DNA of 64,000 nt from Raja brachyura (lineage: Eukaryota), in NCBI GenBank assembly GCA_963514005.1, contig OY740794.1, positions 17,670,001 to 17,734,000 of the forward strand, given 5' to 3'. The position numbers were made by a program, and so were the translations under genes. Positions 50,351-61,121 of the stretch are shown here, piece after piece. The notes under the pieces are model-generated. The model worked only from the letters and a program-made list of their open reading frames with translations. It made no database searches and was not told the origin of the DNA. Numbering within the stretch: the stretch's first letter is position 1; every line of letters starts with the position of its first letter.

Positions 50351-52747
50351 ATGGAGAAGGCCAAAAAACAGCGGGTAAAACGTGCGTCCCAGGGTGATGA
50401 GTCGGGACAGGAGATTATTGCGGAGCCGGTTCCGATACCGGTGGCTGTTGAAATACCCATTAGTGAGGCTCTGATTGCTCCACAAACAGAAACTGTAGAG
50501 GAAACCCCAGTGCCTAAAAAATGTAAAAGAAAAGCTGAAAGGCCTAGGGGTTCTGATGAATCAGATTCAGAAGGTCCAGAAAGAAAAGCCTTATGGCTCA
50601 GAATGGACCAGATGGAGAAAATGCTCCAAACTATTATCAACCAAGGGTCTAAGAACGCAGAATATTCCCAGGCAGCCCCTGAGGGGGTTCCATATCGTGA
50701 ATATAGTGCCAGTTTGAATTGGGAATTTGAAACTCCAGTGCCTGGGATTGGACTGGAGGAAGTCTCCTTTGAACAAGTTTCAGGAATACCAGGGCTGTAT
50801 GAGACAGACCCTGAAAGTGGTGATTGCGGTCTGGAGTACACACCACAATACAATTATATGGATCCAGGTGTGCCTGATGTGGCACAAGATTTTGCTATAC
50901 CTGGAGGAGGCGGTGAGGCCATGGAAGATAACCTGGCGGCCAATATTAATTATATGGTCTCTCACCCGCTTCAAGAAGCTGTTATGGTTGAGACAGCAGA
51001 AATGTATAAAACACCTATCAATTGTGCCTCATTGAAGGTACCTACGGTGAATCCGGCTGTTTGGGCGTCAATGTCATCAATAATGCGGGCGCAGGATATT
51101 CGATTTCAAAGAGTCCTCATGCTGATTTCAGCTGGCATTACTGCACTTGGTAGACAAGTGGAAGGTTGTGGAATGACCAAAGTGCAGAAACATATGTTGG
51201 CCTTATTTTGCAACTCATTTTTTGAGATAAATTGCATGAGGAAGATTGCCATTCGACCTCTGTTACATCCAAGATTTGCAGGGTTGTGTAAACCAAGCAA
51301 TGTTCAAACTCCTGGTTATTTGTTCGGAGAGGATTTGTCTAAGCAAATTAAAGAAATGGATGAAGAGGCAAAGACTTTTGGTCGTATGAAACCCTTCAGC
51401 TTTGGCCAGAGATGGACTGGCTATATGAGAAAGGGCTTTGATTTTGGAGCTAGTACAAGCCGAGGCAGGAGTATGATAAGGAAAAATTTCCAGCCAACAC
51501 AGCCGAATGTACGCCCATTCATTGGGAAAAGGAGATCATTTCGTCGAGCTGGAGAGGTACATAAACATTATCCTATTAAAGAGGAATGTTGGGATGAGCC
51601 ACAGATTGGTGGTAGACTCCAAATGTTTTATAAGGAATGGGACAATATAACAGTTGATCGTGTGGTATTAGACACTGTGCTAGGATCTACCATTGATTTT
51701 GTGGAAGGTATGGTTCCATTGGGACAGAATGAGCCTAGTCATTCCTTGATGTTCTCAGAGCTTGAGAAAATTCAAATTGACAAAGAAATTAAGAATTTGA
51801 GTAAAAAAGGAGTTATCGAGAAAACAGGAGAGGATCCACAACAATTTGTATCAAACATTTTCCCCAGACCAAAGAAAGATGGGGGTTGTAGGATCATTTT
51901 AGATCTCACACTTTTGAATACATTTGTCCAGTATAAACATTTTAAAATGGACACATTCTACACTGTAATGCAGTTGGTATCAACAGGCTGTTATATGGCT
52001 ACAATAGATTTGAAGGATGCATATTATTCGGTCCCAATTCATCATAGTTTTCGCAGGTATTTAAAGTTTAAATGGATGGGACAGCTGTGGCAATACAAAG
52101 CTTTGCCTAATGGATTAAGTTCAGCACCTAGATTGTTCACTAAATTGTTAAAGCCAGCACTTGCACTGCTAAGGGCACAAAAACACATCGTTATGGCTTA
52201 TCTAGATGACATTTTAATTGTCAATGCTAATCAGGAATCAGCTGAAAAATCAGTCTCAGCAACTATTAGCTTGTTTGAGAAGTTGGGTTTCCTGATCCAT
52301 CCAACAAAATCTAAGTTACAGCCATCCCAAACCATTGAATATCTGGGGTTTGTGATTAACTCAGTTACCATGTTGGTAACTTTACCAATGGATAAGGTGT
52401 TAGATTTGACAAATGTGTGTCAAAACCTGATTAACAAACCTTATCCCTCCATCCGAGAGGTTGCCAAGGGTATTGGTAAATTGGTAGCAGCATTTCCAGC
52501 AGTAGAGTTTGGTCGTCTACATTACCAAAATCTTCAAAGGGCAAAAACTAAAGCGCTAATTCAGCGAGCAGGCCATTTTGATAGGCCAATGCAATTGCCT
52601 AAGGAAGCTTTATCAGAATTACATTGGTGGATTGAGAATGTTCCACAAGCTGCTAAGAACATTTTAGTTCATCAGCCAGTCGTGTTTTTACAAACTGACG
52701 CAAGTCCTCTCGGATGGGGGGCTACGGACAATGAGACCAGCTGTTGA
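50351..52747 (+). CDS. DIRS gag-like + reverse transcriptase + N-terminal RNase H (798 aa, premature stop)
   Basis: Gag-like C-terminal LFGEDL; RT motifs PKKDGGCRIILDL, IDLKDAY, LPNGLSSAPRLFTK, YLDD, YLG; RNase H start TDASxxGWGA, then TGA. Confidence 0.92.
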   Translation: MEKAKKQRVKRASQGDESGQEIIAEPVPIPVAVEIPISEALIAPQTETVEETPVPKKCKRKAERPRGSDESDSEGPERKALWLRMDQMEKMLQTIINQGSKNAEYSQAAPEGVPYREYSASLNWEFETPVPGIGLEEVSFEQVSGIPGLYETDPESGDCGLEYTPQYNYMDPGVPDVAQDFAIPGGGGEAMEDNLAANINYMVSHPLQEAVMVETAEMYKTPINCASLKVPTVNPAVWASMSSIMRAQDIRFQRVLMLISAGITALGRQVEGCGMTKVQKHMLALFCNSFFEINCMRKIAIRPLLHPRFAGLCKPSNVQTPGYLFGEDLSKQIKEMDEEAKTFGRMKPFSFGQRWTGYMRKGFDFGASTSRGRSMIRKNFQPTQPNVRPFIGKRRSFRRAGEVHKHYPIKEECWDEPQIGGRLQMFYKEWDNITVDRVVLDTVLGSTIDFVEGMVPLGQNEPSHSLMFSELEKIQIDKEIKNLSKKGVIEKTGEDPQQFVSNIFPRPKKDGGCRIILDLTLLNTFVQYKHFKMDTFYTVMQLVSTGCYMATIDLKDAYYSVPIHHSFRRYLKFKWMGQLWQYKALPNGLSSAPRLFTKLLKPALALLRAQKHIVMAYLDDILIVNANQESAEKSVSATISLFEKLGFLIHPTKSKLQPSQTIEYLGFVINSVTMLVTLPMDKVLDLTNVCQNLINKPYPSIREVAKGIGKLVAAFPAVEFGRLHYQNLQRAKTKALIQRAGHFDRPMQLPKEALSELHWWIENVPQAAKNILVHQPVVFLQTDASPLGWGATDNETSC

Positions 52748-53483
52748 GGCAGATGAGCTATTCCAAGAGGATTTGTTGCTCCAAACATATGGTATTAATT
52801 ATTTGGAGCTACTGGGAGCATTTTATGGATTAAAAGCTTATTGCTCTTCATTAAAGGATTTGCATGTCCAAGTACAAATAGATAATACCACAGCTGTGGC
52901 ATATATCAATCACATGGGTGGTGTCAGATCAATATCATGTTATCATCTGGTAAACCAGATATGGCAACGGTGTTTGGCAAAAAATATTTGGCTTTCAGCT
53001 ATTTATCTCCGGGGGAGAGACAATGTTGTGGCAGACAAAAGATCACGAATATTTAAAGACAATACAGAATGGATGTTAAATCCACAAATTTTCAAAAATA
53101 TTGTCAGTCGGTATGGAGTACCAGACATTGATCTGTTTGCATCTAGATTGAATCACCAATTGCCGAAATACATGTCTTGGGAACACGATCCAGGGGCAGC
53201 AGCGGTGGATGCTTTCTCGCTACACTGGGGGAATACGTTCTTTTATGCTTTTCCCCCATTCTGTCTCATTGGGCAATGTCTCAAGAAAATAGCGCAAGAC
53301 GCTGCCAAAGGCATTTTGGTGGTGCCAAATTGGCCCACGCAGTCATGGTTCCCATTGATGCTAAAAATGATTATTGAACCATGTATGACAATTCTCAGTT
53401 GCGACAATCTGTTGACACAACCAGTAACAAAAGAAATTCATCCATTGCATGATCATATGAATTTGTTAATCTGCAGGTTCTGA
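52731..53483 (+). pseudogene. DIRS pol C-terminal part (RNase H remainder + Dam-like N6-adenine methyltransferase domain), frameshifted from the upstream ORF
   Basis: RNase H motifs INYLELL, DNTTAVAYIN and NVVAD; methyltransferase motifs IDLFAS, DAF, YAFPPF and LVVPNWPTQSWF. Confidence 0.9.
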
Positions 53484-53491
53484 CCAGACCA

Positions 53492-54541
53492 TTGCAAGAG
53501 TTTGAACTGTCGGACAGGACCATGGATGTTATAGATGCAGCTTGGAGGACTAGCACTAAAAAACAATATATGTCGCATATAAGGAAATGGGAAGCTTTTT
53601 GTACACAGTCAAAGATATCTTATCATACTGCAAACATTTCAAATGTATTGGAGTTCCTTGCTGGGTTACACTTTGATGAGCATTTGAGTTATAGTGCCAT
53701 TAATTGTGCTCGGAGTGCACCGTCATCCTATTTAGGACAAAATTCGGATCGGGATTCAGTTGGGTCTCACCCACTAGTATCCCGATTCATGAAAGGTATT
53801 TTTAATAAAAATCCTCCCAAGCCCAGATATACAGATATTTGGGATGTTAGCATTGTTCTCACTTTGCTTAAACAATGGACTCCAATTAATTCAATGTCTT
53901 TGCAGAAATTAACATTCAAGGTGGTTATGTTAATGGCATTGGTATCAGCTCAAAGAGTACAAACTTTGCAATTGTTAAGGTTGGATTGCATGCATGTGAC
54001 TACAGATAACATTGTGTTTTATGTTTATGACTTGATCAAACAAAGCAGACCAGGGAGAACTGGAATGAAGGTAATGCTTAAAGCATATCCTATTGATGAA
54101 ACAATGTGTGTAGTTAAGCATTTAACTCAATACATTGAGGTAACCAAAAATCTCAGAGGTTCTGAGAAAGCGTTATTGATAACACACAAAAAACCACATA
54201 CAAAAGTTTCAGTTCAAACCATTTCTAGATGGTTAAAACAGGTTTTGGGTCTAGCAGGAATAGACACTGATGTGTTTAAATCTCACTCCACTAGGGCGGC
54301 AGCTACGTCCGCGGCGAAGGTACAGGACGTACCACTCGATCAAATTTTAGAGGCCGCAGGGTGGTCTAGAGAAGAAACTTTTTCAAAGTTCTACAATAAA
54401 CCTGTTGTCACGGTGCCAGGATTTGGACACAGTACTGGGTTCTCTTTAAATGCTTGCTTTGTTTATATTATCGATTTATATTATCGATTTGTTACCATTG
54501 ACATCATTTATCAATTATTTTGTAATTTTCCCCTGCGATAG
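53492..54541 (+). CDS. DIRS tyrosine recombinase (first ATG at 53522)
   Basis: SAM-like N-terminus followed by catalytic R (SAQRVQTL), K (KQSRP), HSTR, AGWS and FSKFY. The last ~40 codons look like read-through into AT-rich UTR. Confidence 0.92.
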   Translation: MQEFELSDRTMDVIDAAWRTSTKKQYMSHIRKWEAFCTQSKISYHTANISNVLEFLAGLHFDEHLSYSAINCARSAPSSYLGQNSDRDSVGSHPLVSRFMKGIFNKNPPKPRYTDIWDVSIVLTLLKQWTPINSMSLQKLTFKVVMLMALVSAQRVQTLQLLRLDCMHVTTDNIVFYVYDLIKQSRPGRTGMKVMLKAYPIDETMCVVKHLTQYIEVTKNLRGSEKALLITHKKPHTKVSVQTISRWLKQVLGLAGIDTDVFKSHSTRAAATSAAKVQDVPLDQILEAAGWSREETFSKFYNKPVVTVPGFGHSTGFSLNACFVYIIDLYYRFVTIDIIYQLFCNFPLR

Positions 54542-54697
54542 AGGGGTTATTATTAAAAAAAGTTGTTCTTTTTATAATTAAAGGATTTATTACATAAATT
54601 ATAACAATGTGTTAAAATACTTTTTACTCACTACTGTTTTGACTAAACAGAGTCGTATGAAATGAATTTACGACATGGAAAACACAGAGCTTTAAAA

Positions 54698-54810
54698 TCT
54701 TCACGTAGTCACTCACGTGACTCCGAAGTAAAATAGTGAGATTAAACGAGAACTTACCTGTTCGAAGTTTGATCTTTATTTTATGAGGAGTTACGATGAG
54801 GGATTACGTG
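54698..54810. repeat. DIRS internal complementary region (ICR)
   Basis: 54698-54734 is the exact reverse complement of 50131-50167. 54732-54810 is the exact reverse complement of 54958-55036. The two parts overlap at AAT. Confidence 0.95.
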
Positions 54811-55696
54811 CCCTCCACTCCCAACCCTCATAATGTAAATGATCATCTGGTAGTTCTAGTCTATTTTGAGCCTTACTATTTTACTCCGGCTATTGGTTCT
54901 GTGTTTTTCATGCCGCTGCTTTGAAGTATGCCGATCCAGCGTCAGGCGGGGCTTCTTCACGTAATCCCTCATCGTAACTCCTCATAAAATAAAGATCAAA
55001 CTTCGAACAGGTAAGTTCTCGTTTAATCTCACTATTCTATGTCACCCCTCGCAAGGGACTGAATTTCATTCCTTACCAACGGAGCCACCTCACCCCCTCT
55101 GCCCACCTGTCTGTCTTTTCGATAGGACATATATCCCTGAATATTCAGCTCCCAGCTCCGATCCTCTTGCAGCCATGTTTCTGTAATTCCCACAACATCA
55201 TACATACCAATTTCAATCTGAGCCTGAAGCTCATCCACTTTATTTCTTATACTTCACGCATTCATATATAACACTTTTCATTCGGTATTCACCTCCCCTC
55301 TCACACAGGTTCCTATTTCACCTGACCTTACTCTCTTACCCCTTCTTGACCTTTCCGTCCCATTAATTCGGTGTCTTTCGTAACTTTTCCTGCACTCTCT
55401 TCCCCTTTTAACTCCATCCTTATATTCCCAATTTGTCAATCCATCCCCCCAGTTATATAGTTTAAACCCACCCGTGTTGCACTAGCAAACCTGCCTGCCA
55501 GCATGTTGGTCCCCCTCCAGTTAAGGTGTAACCTGTCCCTTTTGTACAGGTCACCCTACCTCAGAATAGATCCCAGTGGTCTAAAAATCTAAATCCCCGC
55601 TCCCTGCACCAGACCCTCAGCTACACATTTGGATCCCCTATCTCCCTGTTCCTGCCCTCACCAGCATGAGGTACTGGAAGCAATCCAGAGATAACA

Positions 55697-57415
55697 TAGA
55701 AAATAGGTGCAGGAGGAGGCTAATCATTGTGATCATGGCTGATCGTCCCCAATCAATAACCGTGCCTGCCTTCTCCCCATATCCCTTGATTCCACTAGCC
55801 CCCAGAGCTCTATCTAACTCTCTCTTAAATCCATCCAGTGATTTGGCCTCCACTGCCCTCTGTGGCAGGGAATTCCATAAATTCACAACTCTCTGGGTGA
55901 TTTTTTTTTTCTCACCTCAGTCTTAAATGGCATCCCTTTTATTCTAAGACTGTGGCCCCTGGTTCTGGACTCGCCCAACATTGGGAACATTTTTCCTGCA
56001 TCTAGCTTGTCCAGGCCTTTTATAATTTTATATGTTTCTATAAGATATCCCCTCATCCTTCTAAATTCCAGTGAATACAAGCCTAGTCTTTTCAATCTTT
56101 CCTCATATGACAGTCCCACCATCCCAGGAATCAATCTCGTGAACTGCCTCAATCACAAGGATGTCCTTCCGCAAATTAGGATGCCAAATCTGTACACAAT
56201 ACTCCAGATGTGGTCTTACCAGGGCCCTATACAACTGCAGAAGAACCTCTTTGCTCCAATACTGAAATTCTCTTGTTATGAAGGCCAACATCCCAGCTTT
56301 CTTCACTGCCTGCTGCACCTGCACACCAACTTTCAGTGACTAGTGTACAAGGACACCCAGGTCTCGCTGCACCTCCCCCTTACCTAATCTAACCCCATTG
56401 AGATAATAATCTGCCCCCTTGTTTTTGCCACAAAAGTGGATAACCTCACATCTATTTATATTATACTGCATCTGCCACACATCTGTCCACTCACTCAACC
56501 TGTCCAGGTCACCCTGCAACCTTCTAACATCCTCTTCATAGTTCACACTGCCACCTAGCTTTGTGTCATCCACAAACTTGCTAGTGTTGATCCTAATTCC
56601 CTCTTCCAAATCTTTAATATATGGGAAACAGTTGCAGCCCCAACATCGAGCCTTGTAGCACTCCACTCGCCATTGCCTGCCATTCTGAAAAGGACTCGTT
56701 CACTCCTACTCTTTGCTTCCTGTCTGCTAACCAATTTTCTATCCACGTCAACACCCTACCCCCAATACCATGTGCTCTAATTTTAGTTACCAGTCTCCCG
56801 TGCGGGACCTTATCAAAGGCTTTCTGAAAGTCTAGATACACTACATCCACTGGCTCCCCTTCATCCATTTTACTTGTCACATCCTCAAAAAATTCCAGAA
56901 GATTAGTCAAGCATGATATTCCTTTCATAAATCCATGCTGACTTCGACTAATACTTTTACTGCTATCCAAATGCCCCATTATTACCTCTTTAATAATTGA
57001 CTCCAGCATCTTTCCCAGCACCGAAGTCACGCTAACTGGTCTGTAATTCCCCTTTTTCTCTCTCTCGCCTTTCTTGAAATGTGGGATAACATTAGCTATC
57101 CTCCAACCCACAGGAACTGATCCTGAATCTATTGAACATTGGAAAATGATCACCAATGCGTCCATTATTTCTAGCCACCTCCCTGAGGACCCTAGGAGGC
57201 AGACCATCAGGCCCAGGGGATTTATCATCCTTCAGTCCCATTAGCCTACCCAATACTATTTCTCGCCTAATGAAAATTTCTTTCAGTTCCTCTACCCCCT
57301 TAGATTTTCTGTCCGCCAGTACTTCTGGGAGATTGTGTCTTCCTTAGTGAAGACACATCCGAAGTACCTGTTCAACTCTTCTGCCATTTCCTTGTTCCCC
57401 ATAATAATTTCACCC
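55697..57415 (-). mobile_element. 5'-truncated CR1 LINE
   Basis: RT ORFs 56614-57228, 56340-56666 and 55883-56324. CR1 3' end (cctgcacctattttctatg) at ~55700. Confidence 0.92.
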
Positions 57416-57419
57416 AATC

Positions 57420-58494
57420 ATATCCTGCACTCAATACAAATTCAAAGGAATTAGCTTTAATTGCTCTTACCTGTGAAAAAGGCATTCGACAGCTTAAGAA
57501 TCTTGAACTCAATTTATAAAAGTCACTTTAGCCACAGCAAAAAGTGCAGCCCCGAGGTAAAGATTTTGCCAATTTAACTAGCAAAACTATCTATACATAA
57601 CTAAAACTCTGATCCTGTGCTCTTCCGGTTTGCAGTTTTATTCTCTTTGCGGAAAAACAATACATGATAGCGCTATGGTTTTTCGCCAGCTTACTCACCA
57701 TTCTCCTGTGCTCAGGTGAACCAACTTTTGTTCCAATCGATGGTATAGTTTCAAAGTTATTAAGGTTTCAAAATCTTAAAAACCGCACATGCGCAGATTG
57801 GTCTCTGTCAGTGACCGGCACGCAGATTGGTCTCCTGTCCTGGCATTCCCGGCGACCAGCATTGCATGGCCACAGTCACACAGCCAGTCGGCCGGAGGGG
57901 AAGGCCACAGCCGCCGTGGTCCGCAGCTGCTCCGGGTGAAAGGAGCGGCACCATTGAGATCCTGGGGAGGTGAGTGGGGGGGATTGAGGGAGAGGAGGGG
58001 GTAGGGACAGAGAGGGGTGAAAGTGGGGGGGGGGGGGGGATGAGGAGGGAGAGTGGGGGAGGCGAGAAGGGAGAATGGGGAGGAGGGGGAATAGAGGGAG
58101 AGGAGTGGGGGAGGTACAGAGAGGGGAATAGAGGGAGAGGAGGGCAGTGGGGGAGATGAGGAGTGGGGGATAGAGGGGGTAGGGATGGGAGAGGAGTTAT
58201 GGAAGGATGGAGGGAGAGAGTGACTGAGGGTAGGGGAAAGGATAGGGAGGGAGAGGTGAGGGAGGGATTGGGGAGGAGGGGGAAAGAAGAGGGAGAATAA
58301 AGAGGAGGGGGAGGGAGTGCTGGGGGATGAGAGGAAATGAGCCACGCCTGCGCAGTTGGGGGCTATGGGTGAGTGGTGGAATATTGCGCTGGGGGAACAG
58401 TTTGCATTGGGGGAACGGGTGAGTGGTGGAATATTGTGTTGGGGGTCCAAGCCTCCAGTGTGACAGAGACCCAACTGGTCCTACTTAGTCTAGT
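57420..58494 (+). mobile_element. Putative non-autonomous Helitron-like element with a polypurine tract
   Basis: Ends in a degenerate hairpin (gagaccc aac tggtcct) followed ~8 nt later by CTAG|T at 58490-58494. Internal G/A low-complexity tract at ~57965-58335. The 5' boundary is uncertain. Confidence 0.5.
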
Positions 58495-58544
58495 ACATTT
58501 TTAAAATCACCTTAAATGCATTGTATTTCTCTTTAGATCCATTC

Positions 58545-59280
58545 AGATTAGGACATGGGGAAGTGCAACGAGACCTGGGTGTCCTTGTACATCAGTCAAA
58601 AAGTAAGCATGGAGGTATAGCAGGCAGTGAAGAAAGTTAATGGCATGTTGGCCTTCATAATGAGAAGATGTGAGTATTGGAGCAAAGAGGTCCTTCTGCA
58701 GTTGTACAGGACCCTAGTGAGACCACACCTGGAGTATTGTGTGCAGTTTTGGTCTCCTAATTTGAGGAAGGACATTCTTGCTATTGAGGGAGTGCAGAGT
58801 TGGTTCATGAGGTTATTTCCCGCGATGGCGGGACTGTCATATGATGAAAGAATGGAACGACTGGGCTTGCATTCATTGGAACTTAGATGAATGAGAGGGC
58901 ATCTTATAGAAATATACAAAATGATGAAGGGATTGGACAGGCTAGACCCAGGAAACATGTTCCTGATGATGGGAGAGTCCAGAACCGGGGGTCACAGTTT
59001 AAGAATAAGGGGTAAGCCATTTACAACTGAGATGAGGAAAACGTTTTTCACCCAGAGTTGTGAATTTGTGGAATTCTCTGCCTCAGGCAGTGGAGGCCAA
59101 TTCACTGGATGCATTGAAAAGAGTGTTAGATGGAGTTCTTAGGGCTAGCAGAATCAAGGGTTATTGGGGAGAAGGCAGGAACGGGGTACTGATTGTGGAT
59201 GATCAGCCATGATCACATTGAATGGTGGTGCTGGCTTGAAGGGCCAGATGGCCTGCTCCTGCACTTATTTTCTATGTTTC
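58545..59280 (+). mobile_element. CR1 3' fragment
   Basis: [18 protein letters not shown]; CR1 3' UTR and ttttctatgtttc tail. Confidence 0.9.
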
Positions 59281-59566
59281 ATCAAAGAAGATAGATAATA
59301 TGTTTTCCAATTGATTGAAAGATACAGCATGGAAACAGGCCCTTTGGCCAATGCTCACTTTCTCACTTCTCTCATCACGTTAGGGGCAAATTTACAGTTA
59401 ACCTAAAAAAAGCATGTTTTGGGGACATGGTAGGAAACCCATGCAGTCACAGGGAGAATGTGCAAACTCCACACAGACAGAACCCAAGGTCAGGATCAAA
59501 TGTGGGTTTGTGGCTCTGCGAGGCAAATGCTCTATTAGATGGCTACTACGCAACCCCTCGACTTAC

Positions 59567-61121
59567 CAGTCCATTCAGAAAGCATTCACACCCCCTCACT
59601 TTTTCCACAATTTATTACGTTCCAGCCTTCTTCTAAAATTGATTAAATTATTTAATTTTTATCAACAATCTACACACAATATTTCATAATAAAAAAGCGA
59701 AAATTTGGAATTTTGGAAATTGGAATTTTTTGCAAACTAATTAAAAAGAAATAACTGAAATATCACATTTGAATAAGTATTCAGACCCTTTGGTATGACA
59801 CTCAAAATTGAGCTTTGCTGCCACCTTTCCATTGATTATCCTTGAGATTTTTCTACAACTTGATTGGAGTCCACCAGTGGTAAATTAAATTGATTGTACA
59901 TGATTTGGAAAGGCATACACCTGTCTATATAAGGTCCCGCAGTTGACAGTGCATGTCAGAGCAAAAACTAAGCCATGAAGACAAAGGAATTGTCTGTAGA
60001 CTGCCGAGACAGGATTGTGTCGAGACACAGATTTGGGAATGGGTATTAAATTATTTCTGCAGCTTTGCAGTTCCCGAAGCACTGTGGCCTCTGTCATTTT
60101 TAAATGGAAGAACTTTGAAACTACCAGGACTCTTCATAGAGCTGGCCGCCCGGCCAAACTGAGCAATCGGGGGAGAAGGGCCTTGGTCAGGGAGGTGACC
60201 AAGAACCCGATGGTCACTCTGACAGAGTTCCAGAGTTCCTCTGTGGAGATAGGAGAAACTTCCAGGACAACTATGGCCAGACGGAAGCCACTCCTCAGTA
60301 AAAGGCACATGACAGCCTGCTTGGAGTTTGCCAACAGGCACCAAAACAAGATTCTCTGGTCTGATGAAACCAAGATTGAACTCTTTGGCCTGAATGCCAA
60401 GCGTCACATCTGGTGGAAACCAGGCACCGCTCATCACCTGGCCAATACCATACCTATGGTGAAGCATGGTGGTGGCAGCATCACACTGTTTTTCAGTGGC
60501 AGGAACTGGGAGACTAGTCAGGATCGAGGGGAAGATGAATGGAACAAAGTACAGAGAGATCCTTGATAAAAACCTGCTCCAGAGCGTTCAGGACCTCAGA
60601 CTGGGGCAGAAATTCGCCTTCCAACAGGACAACGTCCCTAAGCACGCAGCCAAGACAACGCAGGAGTGGCTTTGTGGCAAATCTATGAATGTCCTTGAGT
60701 GGCCCAGCCAGAGCCCGGACTAGAACCCGATCGAATATCTCTGGAGGGACCTGAAAATAGCTGTGCATCGATGCTCCCCATCCAACCTGACAGAGCTTGA
60801 GTGGATCTGCAGAGAAGCATGGGAGAAATTACCCAAATACAAGTGTGCCAAGCTTGTGGCACCATACCGATGAAGACTTGAGGCTGTAATCGCTGCCAAA
60901 GGTGCCTCAACAAAGTAAAGGGTCTGAATACTTATGTAAATGTGATATTTCGGTTATTTATATTTAATTACTTTGCAAAAATGTCTAAACACGTATTTTC
61001 ACTTTTTTATTATGTGATATTGTGTGTAGATGGATGATAAAACAAAATTTATTTAATCAATTTTAGAATTTGGCTGTAACGTAACAAAATGTGGAAAAGG
61101 TGAAGGGGTCTGAATGCACTG
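59567..61121 (+). mobile_element. Tc1-like DNA transposon with IR/DR-type ends, degenerate transposase
   Basis: TIRs cagtccattcagaaagcattcacacccc and ggggtctgaatgcactg|TA. Inner repeats aagtattcagaccc at ~59776 and its inverse at ~60919. Transposase from ATG 59975 with GRPAKL, WSDETK, KHGGG, FQQDN and WPSQSPD(L)NPIE motifs. Confidence 0.93.

Larger units (their letters stand above)
50131..55036 (+). mobile_element. Full-length DIRS1-type tyrosine-recombinase retrotransposon
   Basis: 36-bp perfect ITRs at 50158-50193 and 54928-54963. Internal complementary region 54698-54810 is complementary to both termini. ATT at both ends. ORFs for gag, RT, RNase H, methyltransferase and YR. The flanks rejoin into continuous CR1 sequence. 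Confidence 0.96.
47685..55690 (-). mobile_element. Near full-length degenerate CR1 LINE (HER1-like), split by the DIRS insertion
   Basis: Minus-strand ORF fragments: ORF1 esterase-like end (HLNWRGTNMLAGRF, ~55460-55530), endonuclease (GITETWL, VMGDFN, LDLVL) and RT (SPGPDG, NYRPVSLTS, FQKAFxKVPH, [15 protein letters not shown]). Confidence 0.92.

Noticed and set aside
50134-50853. 239-aa antisense ORF over DIRS gag
   Set aside because: Most simply the shadow of the sense ORF; non-ATG start and no recognisable motifs. Would need conservation across copies to be reconsidered.
52731-54541. Bacterial or phage contamination (Dam methylase + integrase)
   Set aside because: Both domains are standard DIRS1 components within ITR/ICR ends, precisely nested in a host CR1.
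57776-58474. 232-aa Pro/Ser-rich ORF
   Set aside because: Translation of a low-complexity polypyrimidine strand; no domain or splice support.
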